From Narcine bancroftii (lineage: Eukaryota): a stretch of DNA of 64,000 bases. This document shows, in pieces, positions 23,498-35,230 of the stretch; within the stretch, counting starts at the first letter, position 1; each line of letters begins with the position of its first letter. The DNA lies in assembly GCF_036971445.1 (NCBI RefSeq), contig NC_091473.1, forward strand, positions 57,598,001 through 57,662,000. Direction: 5' to 3'. Below the pieces are notes generated by a model that was given only the letters and a program-made list of their open reading frames with translations, ran no database searches and had not been told where the DNA came from. The translations under genes were made by a program, and so were the position numbers.

Positions 23498-26330
23498 CTA
23501 GAGGTTTAGTCGCACGGGTGACCTCCTCCTTCTGTCGGACAACCGAGGGGACAGCGTGTCCATGCAGTGCTCCTCTGGAGAGGGGGCAGTCGGGGGAGAG
23601 CCCACAGCAGAAACTGTCAGGGTCGGGGGACTCCTGGGGTGATGGGGTGGTCCACTGCCTTGTGGGGGGTAGATTCCGGTGGCGAGGTAGGTGACTCGGA
23701 CTCCAAGGTCAAGCTCTGGTGCAGCATGATCGGATCTGCGGTGTGGTCGGTGGCCGGCAAGGCAGTTTCGGGGACTCTGGCCCTCACCAGGTCTCATATT
23801 GGCACAGTGTCCTCGTGCCCATCCGGGTACCTCACAATGAGTATTGTGGGTTGGCAAGTATGAGGTGCACCGCTTCAACCATTGGGTCCGTCTTGCGGCC
23901 CCTGACATGCTTCCGAAGCAGAACTGGCCCTGGGCTTGCCAGCAGGGAGGTATGGATGAATCATTCACCGATCTCCAAGGGAAACCAAAGAGGCGTTCAT
24001 ACATGTTGGTGTTAGTAACGGTGCATAGCAAGGACCGGATGGCGTGGAGACCCTCGAGCAGAACATCCTGCCAGCGGAACACTGGTATGTTTTTGGACCT
24101 TAGGGCTAGGAGCACCGCCTTCCAGATGGTGGTGTTCTCCATTTTGACTTGGTCATTATCCCTGGGGTTATAGCTGGTGGTCCTGCTGGTGGCTATGCCT
24201 CTGGCCAGGAAGTACTGTTGCAGCTCCTCACTCATGAACTAGGCCCCCCGGTCACTATGAATATAGGTGGGGCACCGGAACAGGGTGAAGATGCTGCACA
24301 GTGCCTTGATAACCATTGCAAAATCATATCTGTCAGGGGGTAGCAAAGGGGAACCTGGAGAGTTCGTCCACCACTGTCAGGAAGTAGGCGTTTCTATTTG
24401 AGATTGGGAGGGGGCCCTTGAAATCAACACTGAATCGTTCAGGGGTATGTGACCTTAATGAGGTGTGCCTTTTCTGGTCGGTAGAACTGTAGCTTACACT
24501 CAGCGCAGATCTGGCATCGTCTGGTCGTGGACCGGACGTCCTCTGTGGAGTACGGGAGGTTCCAAGTCTTAGCAAATTGGTACAACCTCGTGACTCCGGG
24601 ATGGCACAGATTATCATGCAGGGTCTGGAGACGGTCAAGATGCGCGCTGGCGCACATCCCTCAGAATACGGCATCTGGGGGGGTCATTGTGTTTACCCGA
24701 CCGATACAAGATATCATAATTATAGGTGGACAACTCAATCCTCCACCTGAAAATCTTGTCATTTTTGATCTTACCCCACTGTTTAGCACTGAACATGAAG
24801 GCCACTGCCCTCTGGTATGTCAGCAGGGTAAACCTCTTACCAGCCAGGTAGTGCCACCAGTGGTGCACCACCTCAATGATTGTTTGTGCCTCTTCTCAAT
24901 AGAGGAGTGCCAAAGTTTGGAACCATGCGGGGAAAAAAATGCTACCGGCCTGCCTGCCTGGTTTAATGTGGTGGCCAGTGTGAAGTCGGAGGCATCGCTC
25001 CCCACCTGGAAGGGGATGGATTCATCCATGGCATGCATTGTGGGCTTACGCTGATAATGAGAAGATTGTGGACTTAATCAGGGGGTGGGCTTTATCGGCG
25101 TAATTGGGCACCCATTGTGTGTAGTAGGAAAACAGCCCCAGGCACGTCTTCAGCACCTTCAGGGTGTTTGGGACTGGGAGCTCCATAAGTGGTCACATGC
25201 GGTCAGGGTCCAGGGCAATGATACCATGTGCCATGACGCATTTGAGAAGAGCCAGGCAATGCATTTTGAACACACACTTGTCCTTATTGTACATCAAGTT
25301 GAGGGACTTGGCCGTACGCAAGAACTTGGAGAGATTAGCGTCGTGGTCCTGCTGGTCGTGGCCGCAGATGGTGACATTGTCAAAATATGGGAACATTGCC
25401 ATCAGCTTGTGCTCCTACACCATCCAGTCCATAACCCTCTGAAAAGCAGAGACAGCATTAATAACACCAAACGGCACCCGCAGGAAGTGGAATAGTTTTC
25501 CGTCAGCCTCGAATCCAGTGTAGATTCGATCACTCGGACAGAGGGGAAATTGATGGTAAGCCAACTTAAGGTCAATGGTCATAAAAACTCTGTATTACAT
25601 GACCTTATTGACCAAGTCGGCAATCCGAGGTAGCGGGTACACTTCCAACTGGGTGAAGCGGTTGATGGTTTGACTGTAGTCGATTACCATCTGGGGCTTG
25701 CCCGCCTCTCTGACCACAAGGACCTGCGCCCTCCAGGGACTGGTACTGGTGGCTATGATCCCCTCTGCCAGGAGTCGCTGAACCTCAGCCCGGATGAACT
25801 GCATATCCTCCATGCTATAGAGCCTACTCTTGGTGGTGATCGGTTTGCAGTTCGGAGTGAGGTTCGCAAATAGTGACGGAGGGGCCACCCATAAAGTGGT
25901 GAGACCACAGGGTGATTCTGGAGACCAGGTGCTTGGTTGGGGGTGGGAATCTGAGAGCTGGGGGTTATGGATGGTCAACGGCGGTTGGGGGCCTTCAAAC
26001 GCCATTGTCACACTCCTGAGCTGACTCTGAATGTCGAAGCCTAGGAGGATCGGCACACAGAGCTGGGGCATAATCAACAGTACAAAGTCATTGTAACATT
26101 CCCCCCCACCGACAGAGACTCCACACAATACCCCCGGATGCACGTCTGTTGGTCCTTTGCTGCCATCGATACCAAACCAGACATCGGCCTGACAGGAAGG
26201 GAGAGTCTGCCGACCTCGTCGGGGTGAACAAAATTTTCAGTACTACTGCTATCGAAAAGGCACTTTGTCTTATGCCCATTCACCTCGATCTGCATCATGG
26301 AGTTTGAGATCGGGTGAGGGCTGGCTTGGT
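23498..26330 (-). pseudogene. pol: Gypsy pol (protease, RT, RNase H, integrase), frameshifted
   Basis: CLFDSSSTENF (protease); STSPWRAQVLVV...VIDYSQTINRFTQLEVYPLPRI and PYFDNVTICG (RT); SDASDFTLA (RNase H); HDNLCHPG...CQIC, SVDFKGP, TTSYNPR (integrase). Confidence 0.92.
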
Positions 26331-26589
26331 TCAGCATTACCGATGCCAGGACAGGCATTTCTCCGTCGTCATCGTCTGTGGGGAGACCCGCCCAAGATGG
26401 CAACCTCTATGTTGACCATGCAGCACTCATTGGAGAAGGAGGAAGTGGAGTCGTGGTGGGCGGAAGTGACGTCATTGGCGCGGTAGGCCATGGTGTAGAG
26501 GTTTTGAGTGGTAGCCGATAAGATGGGGCCCCCCTCACCACACACGCAGTCTGCACCGGAAACTCCTCCGGCACACAGGCTGCACTACT

Positions 26590-27371
26590 CCTGGACAAAG
26601 GTCAGAACCTGCAGACCTTTTGGTAATGGCCCTTCTTCCCGCAGCCCGAGCATGTGGCTCTTCTCATGGGGAAGAGATGTCTCGCGTGCCTAGCCTGCCC
26701 GCAGAAGTTGCATCTCGATGATGCAGACTGCATTATCGCAGCCGCAGTCTGGTCAGTAACCCCCGTCGCTGGTCCCAGGACGACGGCCCTTGTGGCAGAA
26801 CGTACATGGGAGGTCCACTTCTGCCTGCGATCGACACTGCATAGTGCTGGGCCGAGTCTAAAGTCCTGATCAGATTGATTGTCTTTTTAAATGGGAGTTG
26901 GTCCTCCCCGAGGAGTCGTTTTCAGATATAATCCGACCTCAATCCTGACACGCAAGCGTCTCGGATCAGATCTTCAACGCACTGGGTCAATGATATTGTG
27001 GCCATGGGGTTCCCCAGACAGTCTTTTTCCAGTGTGACCAAGGATCGGAAAAAGTCTTCAGCAGACTCACCAGGCTGTTGTTTTCGGGATGCCAGCAGAT
27101 AACAGAAGTAGACCTCGTTCACTTTCGGCTTGTACAACGCCCGCAGCTCAGTCATCGCCTCATTGTGGGTCGCACTGCTTTGGATGGCCAGGAAGGCCCT
27201 CTGGCCGACTCGTGCCTGTAGGATCTTCATCTTCTTTTCATCGGAGTTGACCACCTCAGCAGCGGCGTCGAGGAAATTATTAAAACTGTTCACCCACTGT
27301 TCGAAGAGTACCAATGCACCCAGGACTTGGGGGTCTTCCTCTAGCCGTTCAGGATGCAGCAACTTCTCCAT
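26590..27371 (-). pseudogene. gag: Gypsy gag, frameshifted
   Basis: ORF 26922-27371 starts 34 nt after the 5' LTR (MEKLLHPERLEEDP...RKQQPGESAEDF). Tandem zinc knuckles CNFCGQARH and CSGCGKKGHYQKVC at ~26605-26712. Confidence 0.88.
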
Positions 27372-27404
27372 TACCGGAGACCTTCAAATTCTTGTGTAAT
27401 AAAT

Positions 27405-27631
27405 TGTTGGGCGCTATCAGTTGCCTCAATAATTACGGAGACAAAGACTGAGGGAAACAATAGGCTTTATTATATAAGAGACTGCTGACCCGGGTCCAAG
27501 GCTAGGTAAAATGAGGAGAGGGAGAGGGGGCTCGACCTTTATGGCCTGGGTCACATGAGACCAGGGAGGAGTCAAGAACAGGATGTCACCAGGAGGGCAG
27601 GCCAGCCAGTACACACAACCATATCACCACA
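27405..27631 (-). repeat. 5' LTR of Gypsy element (227 bp)
   Basis: TGTGGTGA...CCAACA on the - strand, with TATA-like cataaa and AATAAA. Confidence 0.93.
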
Positions 27632-28016
27632 GCAATATCAATTAGACTTCAAGATCTTAAAATGTCCTCTCGCTCTGACTGTAGTTAACAATCACCCCGG
27701 TCCAAAGTGCCTCACTGCCACCTAAGGCCAGGATTCCTGGCATCTACTGGACCTCAGATGTTAAGAAGAGTCCTCCAGCTTGCAGTGAAACCGCCACCTA
27801 ATTCACAGTCTCTTCATAGTCCTTAAGCCTTCAGCACCATCTGCCCCCATGCCCCTCAATCCAGACTGATGCTTCCATCATGGATCCCTGAACCAGAACA
27901 CAGCCTGCCACTTTGGATGCCTCGGAATACCTCCTCCAAAGTGTTAGAGGAGTCAAAGACATATTGCCAATGTTTTGGGCCTGAGTCCTTCTTCAAGGAA
28001 TTATTACTTGCTTTAA

Positions 28017-29445
28017 CCAGTAGCCATGGATGACTGCAGTCCTGTGTGTGTGCTGCTCAGGAACCATGATGCTGCCTTCAGAACGGATGACAAGATAGCC
28101 CTAGCTATTGCAAGAGCCAAGCTGTCTAAGGCCATCGGGGAAGCAAAGTGTGCACATAGCACATTCCTGGACAGCAAGGACACATGATGCATTGGAAGGG
28201 CATCCAAGATATCACCAACCACAAGACTACACCAACTGCTTGGGCTGGTGATGCCTCCCTCCCAGATGCACTGAACAAATTCTACATGCGTTTTAAGGCG
28301 AAAAGCGACGTTTCAGTGAAGAAGGCCACCCTTCCTCCAAATGATTAGGTACAGTATCTTCCAGAGACTAATGTGAAGAGCGAGTTAGGCAAGGTCAACC
28401 CACAGAAAGCTGCTGGACCAGATAACTTTCCTGGCAGAGTGCTCAGGGGATATGCGGCTCAGCTAGAGGATGTTTTCACTGACATCTTTCATTTCTCCTG
28501 GGAAGCCCCGTGGTCCCAACATGATTCAAAGCCACCACCATTGTCCCCATGCCGAACAATTCGCCTGTGTCCTGCCACAATGATTACCACCCTGTTGCCC
28601 TCGTGTCCATTGTCATGAAGTGCTTCGAGAAGCTCATCATGGAGCATATCAAGCTCCTGCTTCCCCCATCATTGGAGCCCCTGCAGTTCACATATAGATC
28701 CAACCACTTTATGGATGATACCATCGCCACTGCCCTCCATTTCATCTTCACCCACCTGGAAAATAAAGACTCTTACGCTCAACTGCTGTTTATCGACCAG
28801 TTCGGCATTCAAACATACCTCAGTACCTGATAAGGACGTTGAGCCTGCTGAGTCTAAACACCTCCCTCTGCAATTGGATTCTTGACTTCCTGTTGTTGAG
28901 ACCTCAAGTGGTTCAGATCGGTAACAGCACTTCCAAGACCACCACACTGAGCATGGGGCCCCTTAGGGTTGTGGGCTTAGTCCACTGCTGTTCACTCTGC
29001 TGGCTCATAACTGCAGGAAAACACAGCTCGAACCACATCACCCAGTTCACTGATGACATGACCATGGTAAGCTTTATTAGTAAGAGTGAGATGTCATCAT
29101 ACAGAGATAAGGTGTAGTTGCCAACAGACTGGTGCAGAGTTAATAACTTGTATCTGAATGTTATAAAAAAGACAAAAGAGATGGTTGTCAATTTTAGGAG
29201 GGCCCGGGAAACCATGCTCCACTGACCATCGACGGCTCGACTTTTGAGGTTGTGAAGAATGTCAAGTTCCTAGGAGTGCACTTGGTGAAGAATCTTACTT
29301 GGTCCCTTAACACAGCCAAGAAAGCCCAGCAGTGCCTCTACTTTCTGCAAAGGCTGAGGAAAGTTCATCTCCCACCCCCATCCTCACTCTATTCTACAGA
29401 GAGCATCCTGTGCAACTGCATCACTGCCTGGTTTGGAAGTTGCAT
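28017..29445 (+). mobile_element. Rex1/Babar LINE RT region, decayed, truncated at both ends
   Basis: [69 protein letters not shown]. Confidence 0.93.
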
Positions 29446-29580
29446 GAGACCATGGACAGACGTGTCAGCAAGGAAATGGGATGAGAGAATTAAAATGGGT
29501 GGCCACTGAGAGATCCGCTCTATTATGGCAGACGGAGCCAAGGTACTCAACAAAGCAATCTTCCAGTCTCTTCGATGGAG
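29446..29580 (-). mobile_element. Penelope-like GIY-YIG fragment abutting the Rex1 copy
   Basis: ORF 29465-29647 RLEDCFVEYLGSVC...DLSVATHFNS is homologous to RLGDRFAEHLHSVC...DLPVANHFNS. Confidence 0.75.
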
Positions 29581-30784
29581 AAGAGACTGCTCCTTGACTG
29601 GTTTGTGGTGTCTGATTTTGCTCCCCACCCTTGTCATGTCTGAACATTTCCAGTGTGGTGCCATAGTTAATGCTCCATTTTGAATTTTAAAAAAAAATCA
29701 ATCATCCACTATTTTATTGACCAATAAACAAAGACTACTCCTTCCTCCTGTCTCTGATCTTTGCCTCAATACATGTCCTTCTCTTGGTTTACTTTTAAAA
29801 TCCTTCATGGTATCATTCAGTATTTGGCCCACATCTTGTTGGGGGTGGGGAAATAATTTAGTTTGGATATTTTCAGCCTCTGATCTTTGGAAGCCATTTT
29901 AACATTGTCATCTGTTCTGAGGGAGCTGATAACAATGGATTTGATCGCCTAAAAGAACCGCAAGATTTCTTTCCCCACACCCTACCCTCCCTGTGTGGAA
30001 AATGTGAATGAAAGTGAAATAGTCAAACCACATGATACAATGAAACAGTACAATTTTCATTTTGCCATTCTCCACGTATCCAGTGGTTTCAGTTTGTGTT
30101 GGACCATCTCTAAAGGTTGCAATTTCTTTTTTTTCCTAAGAGGTCTTCTTGACTGAATAAATTTCAATAAAAGGAGAAATTCTGGTCAAAGCCAAATCTG
30201 AAGCTAATCTAATGCAATCCACAGAGGAGTAATTCTGTAGCCGCAAGGACCATGTTATTCAATGCACATAATCCAATTGTCAATAAATTATCACCTAAGG
30301 CATAACCATAATATACCAAGAGATTTATCCACACCATTCGAAACTGATTTTCTTTTATTTACACAAACTGAAACAGTCCATATGTTTATCTAACCTTTAT
30401 TTATTTTCCCTTTTTCTGTCTCGTGGCATATCATGGTCATTTGTACCCTTGTGTGTGGCTACATCTGTACATTGAACTTGCATGTATTTCAAAAAACCCT
30501 ACCATCTTGTCATATTATTCTGGGTGCTAGCTTGTACCTTGTAAAACATACTATCACTCATTCTCTTTCCCCACCCATGCCAGAGGGCTCTTTGCATTAT
30601 GGAGACTTTGCAACCCAAGAAGATCTGCTGAAGAGCCTGTACATGCAAAGTTTAGGGCTAAATATCTAAGAATGCTTCTGGCCTCTTAAGACCTGTAATA
30701 ATCTTCTTCCCTAAAGTTGTTTAATATAGATACTGTAAGATTCCAGTGTATGAGCCAACCATTTGTGCAATCAAGATTGATACT

Positions 30785-31005
30785 ATTTTTTCTTTACCTT
30801 TTTTTTAACTCTTTATATAATTCTTTTATATAATTATATATTGTCACAATTATCTTTATAGTAGTTGGGAATAAGAGGGTGGGGAGGGTGGGTAAGGGGG
30901 AGAGGTTAATACAAAGTAATCACTCTAATTTTCAAACTTCATTAAGTATTGGTTTTGTATCATTATAATTACATGAATGAAAACTTCAAATAAAATATTT
31001 TTTTT
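30785..31005 (+). mobile_element. L1-like 3' UTR remnant
   Basis: T-rich tract, G-rich tract, then aataaaatatttt; same layout as 8560-8720 and 42550-42760. Confidence 0.45.
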
Positions 31006-31939
31006 TAATCAGCTGTTAAGTAATTAATGCAAGTTAGATAAAAGATTCCTTGTGTATAAACTTGCTGCCTCCTTGCAGCACCTTGCATTGTGATATCGAG
31101 TTAGAATCAGAGCACCCTGTGTGGTTGTATAGCAATGTGACCTCTCACCTAGTCTTGTTGTCTTGCATGGAGGTACATCACCTGCCAGGTGAAGTACTAT
31201 ATCCGTGTTCTGAGTAAACTGTCCAGAAAATAATCCTCTGTAGCCAACGCTAATCTTTTCAACCTTTTGTGGAATTCCTTTGAATTCTTCAAAATGTCCT
31301 ATAAATGCTTATTCTTTATAAAAAATCAAATTGTGGCCATACAACTAGGGAACATGGTCATTTTGTTTTAAGATACCTGTAACAAGCTTCTGGTGACCAG
31401 TGGAACTCAAATAAACCATAATCTCAGAGCTATATGTGATGTCATTTATGTATTCTGACATCTGAAATCTTCTGAAGTATCTTAGTGAATCAGGGAGCTT
31501 GTATGGAGCTGATAAAGGATCATGTTCAAAATGTAGAACATTTCTATTGACGGATAGTATCCTACCTCATGCATACTTCCACCAATTCTTTCTTCATTCT
31601 CTGGATCTGGACCTCATCCCAATGAGGGGTCTTGACCAGAAATATTGGCTGTCCATTTTCCACCACAGAGGTGTGGTGTCTGAGCTGCTGAGTTTATCCA
31701 GCAGCACTTTGCTCCAGATTCCATCTTCTGCAGCCTCATGTCTCAATTGAATGTTTTTATCAGTTAAAACTTTGAATGATCAGTATCCTCTTCCAATCGT
31801 TCTCTCTCCTCTATACACATTCAAGCCAATCCATACCAACATGATGCAATTAGCCAAATGGTAGCAGCAACAGTTTTGCCAGATATCAATGGGCAAGAAC
31901 AGTTAATGTGACAGCAACAACAATGACTCTTAAAATGCA

Positions 31940-32470
31940 GCTTTGATTCTGTACATTGGAGAGACTTGGCGCAGATTGGGAGATCGCTTTGCTGAGCACC
32001 TTCACTCTGTCTGCATCAGTGATGGAGATCTCCCAGTGGCCAACCATTTCAATTCTGTGACCTGCTCCCGCCCTGACATGTCTGCCTATGGCCTTATGTT
32101 CTGTCAAACCAAGATCACCTGCAAATTGGAGGAGCAAAAGCTAATTTTTCATCTCAGCACACTCCAGCCAGATGGCATTAACGTCAACTTCTCTGGTTGC
32201 TGCTAGCCTACTCCCTGTTCTTCCTTTTTTCTCCATCCCTCTGTCTTCCTTCCTCACTGTTCACAGAGCCATCACCCTCATTTGTTGGTGTGTCCTCCCT
32301 CCAATATCCACCTGAGGGGCTCCTCCTCATCCTGCCCTGCGCCTCGCCATTTTGTTCGGGTGCCTGCCCACATTTTGTCCATACCATGATGGGAAGGCTC
32401 AAGCCCGAAAAAGTTGCTCTATAAGGTACATTGTTTGTACTGCTGAGTTTATCCTGCATTTTATTTTATC
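31940..32470 (+). mobile_element. Penelope-like element 3' end (GIY-YIG endonuclease C-terminus, pyrimidine tract, terminal motif)
   Basis: ORF 31943-32206 LYIGETWRRLGDRFAEHL...PVANHFNS...EEQKLIFHL.TLQPDGIN is the PLE GIY-YIG signature. Confidence 0.9.
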
Positions 32471-33188
32471 ACCACTTGAAGATGATAGGGAGTAATTGAG
32501 GTCTTTCTCATCCTTTGCCCCACCCTTGCACATTAGTTGGACCCTATGCATTGAACATGTTATCTCTTCAGTATCTATCTTGAAACCAAAGTAGAATACA
32601 GATTTGAGACAGCAGGTACATTTCCCTTTGCTCAACTATTCTAGGAGTGGTTGAAATACACTTCCAGACTCTTAGTCCTCCTCGTGTCATTCCCGGGAAG
32701 CAAATGCCCAGAACTGATGCCATCCCAAATAGAAATTGTTCTAATTGGAGTTGTCAAAATGGGTATTCGTCTTATGAATCTTGCATCTGAAACACCCAAC
32801 ATTAGATGATCAAGAGTTAAAAAGATCCAAAATCCTCCTCTGCGCTGAAGGAATTGGTGCAAATGACTTTATGAAAATACATTTGCTTGAAATCTGAAAT
32901 TTTAAAACAGGAAATATTCAACAAGTTGGGAGCAGCTGGGCAGAGTTGATACTCATGTTGTAGACTTCGTGTCAGACTAGTTCCTGTGTGCAATAAGGCG
33001 CAGGTCATGTTTTGAAGCATCACAGTGTGGCATTCAAGTGAATCGTTCCTTTTGTACAAGCGTTTTCAAGTTCAACTGACATTTGGCCTTGATCTCTACT
33101 CTTTTAAATGTTCATTTGGCAGGTTCAAACGATGAAGTTTGATCCTTGACTGAGAATAATCCAAGGAAGGTACTGGGCTCTGAATTTG

Positions 33189-33428
33189 ATTTAGATATAC
33201 AGCACGGTAACAGGCCATTTTGGCCCACAGGTCTGTGCTGCCCAATTTACACCCATCTAACCCGGTACGTTTGGAATGGTGAAAGGAAACTGGAGCCCCC
33301 GGGGAAAAACCACGCAGGCACTGGGAGAACATACAAACTCCTTACAGACACCATGGGAATCAAACCCCAGTTCCGATCACTGGTGCTGTAAAGGTGTTGC
33401 ACTTACCACTACGCCAACCATGCCGCCC
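33189..33428 (-). mobile_element. tRNA-derived V-domain SINE
   Basis: Reverse complement gives a ggcggcatggttggcgtagtgg (A-box) ... ggtttgattcc (B-box) head, the V core gagtttgtatgttctcccagtgcctgcgtgg and a CR1-type tail. Confidence 0.8.
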
Positions 33429-34004
33429 TTGACCAACAACTGTTGCTGTTGCTCTTGACTGGTGATGAAGTTAACAGGACACTTGGGCCTTTATTGGCCT
33501 TAATTCAAGCAAAGCTTTTGAAGTTCTATTGTCCTCTTCTGTAAATCAGTTTTGTCTCCTTTGTTTATCAGAATCATTATCAGCTGTTGGTAAATGCTGA
33601 GTTAATATAATCACCTGTATTGAGGTAAAGGAATTCTTATGTGATGCAGCAGAAGGATGGTCAAGTGAGACTAATTGACTAGCTTTCTCACAAGCTGCTA
33701 GTACAGGAGGATGATGCCCACCATAAAACTTACTTTGGTGTTCACTTTCAACCTTTTACATGTTTAGCAAAACTATCTGTGGTTTTTAACTGGGAAATAT
33801 CATTGTATTTTAATAATAATAAATGGAGTGAAAGGCAGCGAATTATTTCCTGGATGAAGTCTGGGTGAAGCAGCATCTAATGACGTGGAGAGGAGGAAGG
33901 AGTTGATGTCTTGGGATGAAACCTTTCAAGACTGGAATTGTTGAAAGGAGTTCAGATTTTCTGGCCCTCCTTGCCCCAGCAGTTCTATATGAAGGGGTGT
34001 TGCT

Positions 34005-34350
34005 TTCAAAGTTCAGATTTATTGCCTGAGTACGTGCATGATATCACAGAGAAACTGGAGATTCTTTTTCCTGCAGGCCAGGCAGAATTTATTCTGATAG
34101 ATAACTGTACTCGAGAAAAATATACATATACAAAAGGGAAATGTAAGCAAAGAAATGTAAACAAACTGTGAAATACTGGAAAAAAATTCAGTTATAAATA
34201 ATGTGCAAAGTAAGTCCTGATACCAGTGTTGAATTTGATGTTTAGAAGTCTGACTCTTCCTGAGCCTGGTGGTGGGAGTCTTGTAGCACCTATACCTCTT
34301 TCCTAATGGCAACAGCGAGAACAGACCATGTCCTGGGTGGTGTGCCTTCT
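34005..34350 (-). mobile_element. Rex1/Babar LINE 3' end
   Basis: LPLGKRYRCYKTPTTRLR (ORF 34019-34312) and a tail homologous to 50023-50330. Confidence 0.75.
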
Positions 34351-35119
34351 TTTGTGGGCACCAACTTTCTTTGCACCTCTACTGAATTTTTATTTACAAG
34401 GAAATAAGTCTTATTTACTATGGATACACAACCTCCAGCACTATTATGCGGGTCCAATTAGCTTTCTCTGGGATTTTTGCATTGGGGCATTCTATTATTT
34501 GCACCTTCCTTGTGTTATAACTATAAACTGAGAATGAGCGGACAGTATAAACAAAACTTAACTGCCTCCTGGAATTGAAGGGGATTTGTGAAAGACAGGA
34601 GCTATAAAGAGCTCGGTTTCGCTCGCATAAATGGCAAATAAATGAGGAATATTTCAGGGCTTGACTGCCATTGCACAAATTGGCACATCAATGTTACAGA
34701 TACACCACGCGCTGCATTAAGCTCTTGCTGAGCAATTTTACAACTGAATCTCAAGGCAGTATTGAAGGCCAACAATCTATGATGCTCCTTTAGAGGGCAT
34801 GCAAGGTGATTTCTGCCGAGCACTGATAATATCATTGTTCCACAAAAGAGTGGTGGACTTAATCATTTTGGCACTGGATGTGTATAAATGAATATCTTCC
34901 CTTATAACTTTCCCTTTGTATCTTCCTGACAACTGTTAATTTCCTTGCTTGAGAATGGTTCCATGAATTAGTTCGCCCATTAGTTGAATTGCTTTATTGA
35001 GTGAATTTGCGCAAATTGCCACATCAGTGTGACATGTGCCCTGCATTGGCCTCAAATCTGATGCAAGATTTTGCAGTTTGGCCAGGTTTCTTTCCTCAGT
35101 GAAGTGAAAAATGAAAGTA

Positions 35120-35230
35120 TGTAGACACTGTAATTGTAGTAAAAACACAGAAATGCTGGAGGTCTCACAGCATCCATAGGAGATTAAGATACATGACCGA
35201 TCTTCTGGGCCTGAGCCCTTCCTCAAGATA
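35120..35230 (-). mobile_element. Penelope-like terminal fragment with decayed hammerhead core
   Basis: The - strand reads cttgaggaagggctcaggcccagaag ... ctccagcatttctgtgttt. Confidence 0.6.

Larger units (their letters stand above)
23177..27631 (-). mobile_element. Full-length decayed Ty3/Gypsy LTR retrotransposon (4.45 kb)
   Basis: Paired TG...CA LTRs; 5-bp TSD gcgat (23172-23176) / gcaat (27632-27636); PPT aaaaagaggaggtgaa adjoining the 3' LTR; domain order gag-PR-RT-RH-IN on the - strand. Confidence 0.96.

Noticed and set aside
23400-23740. env-like gene or chromodomain after the integrase
   Set aside because: Only a short Pro/Ser-rich tail ending RRRRSPVRLNL precedes the PPT; there is no room for env and no chromodomain motif.
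24527-25495. Long + strand ORFs (175 and 136 aa) in the Gypsy element
   Set aside because: They are antisense shadows of GC-rich pol with no recognisable motif.
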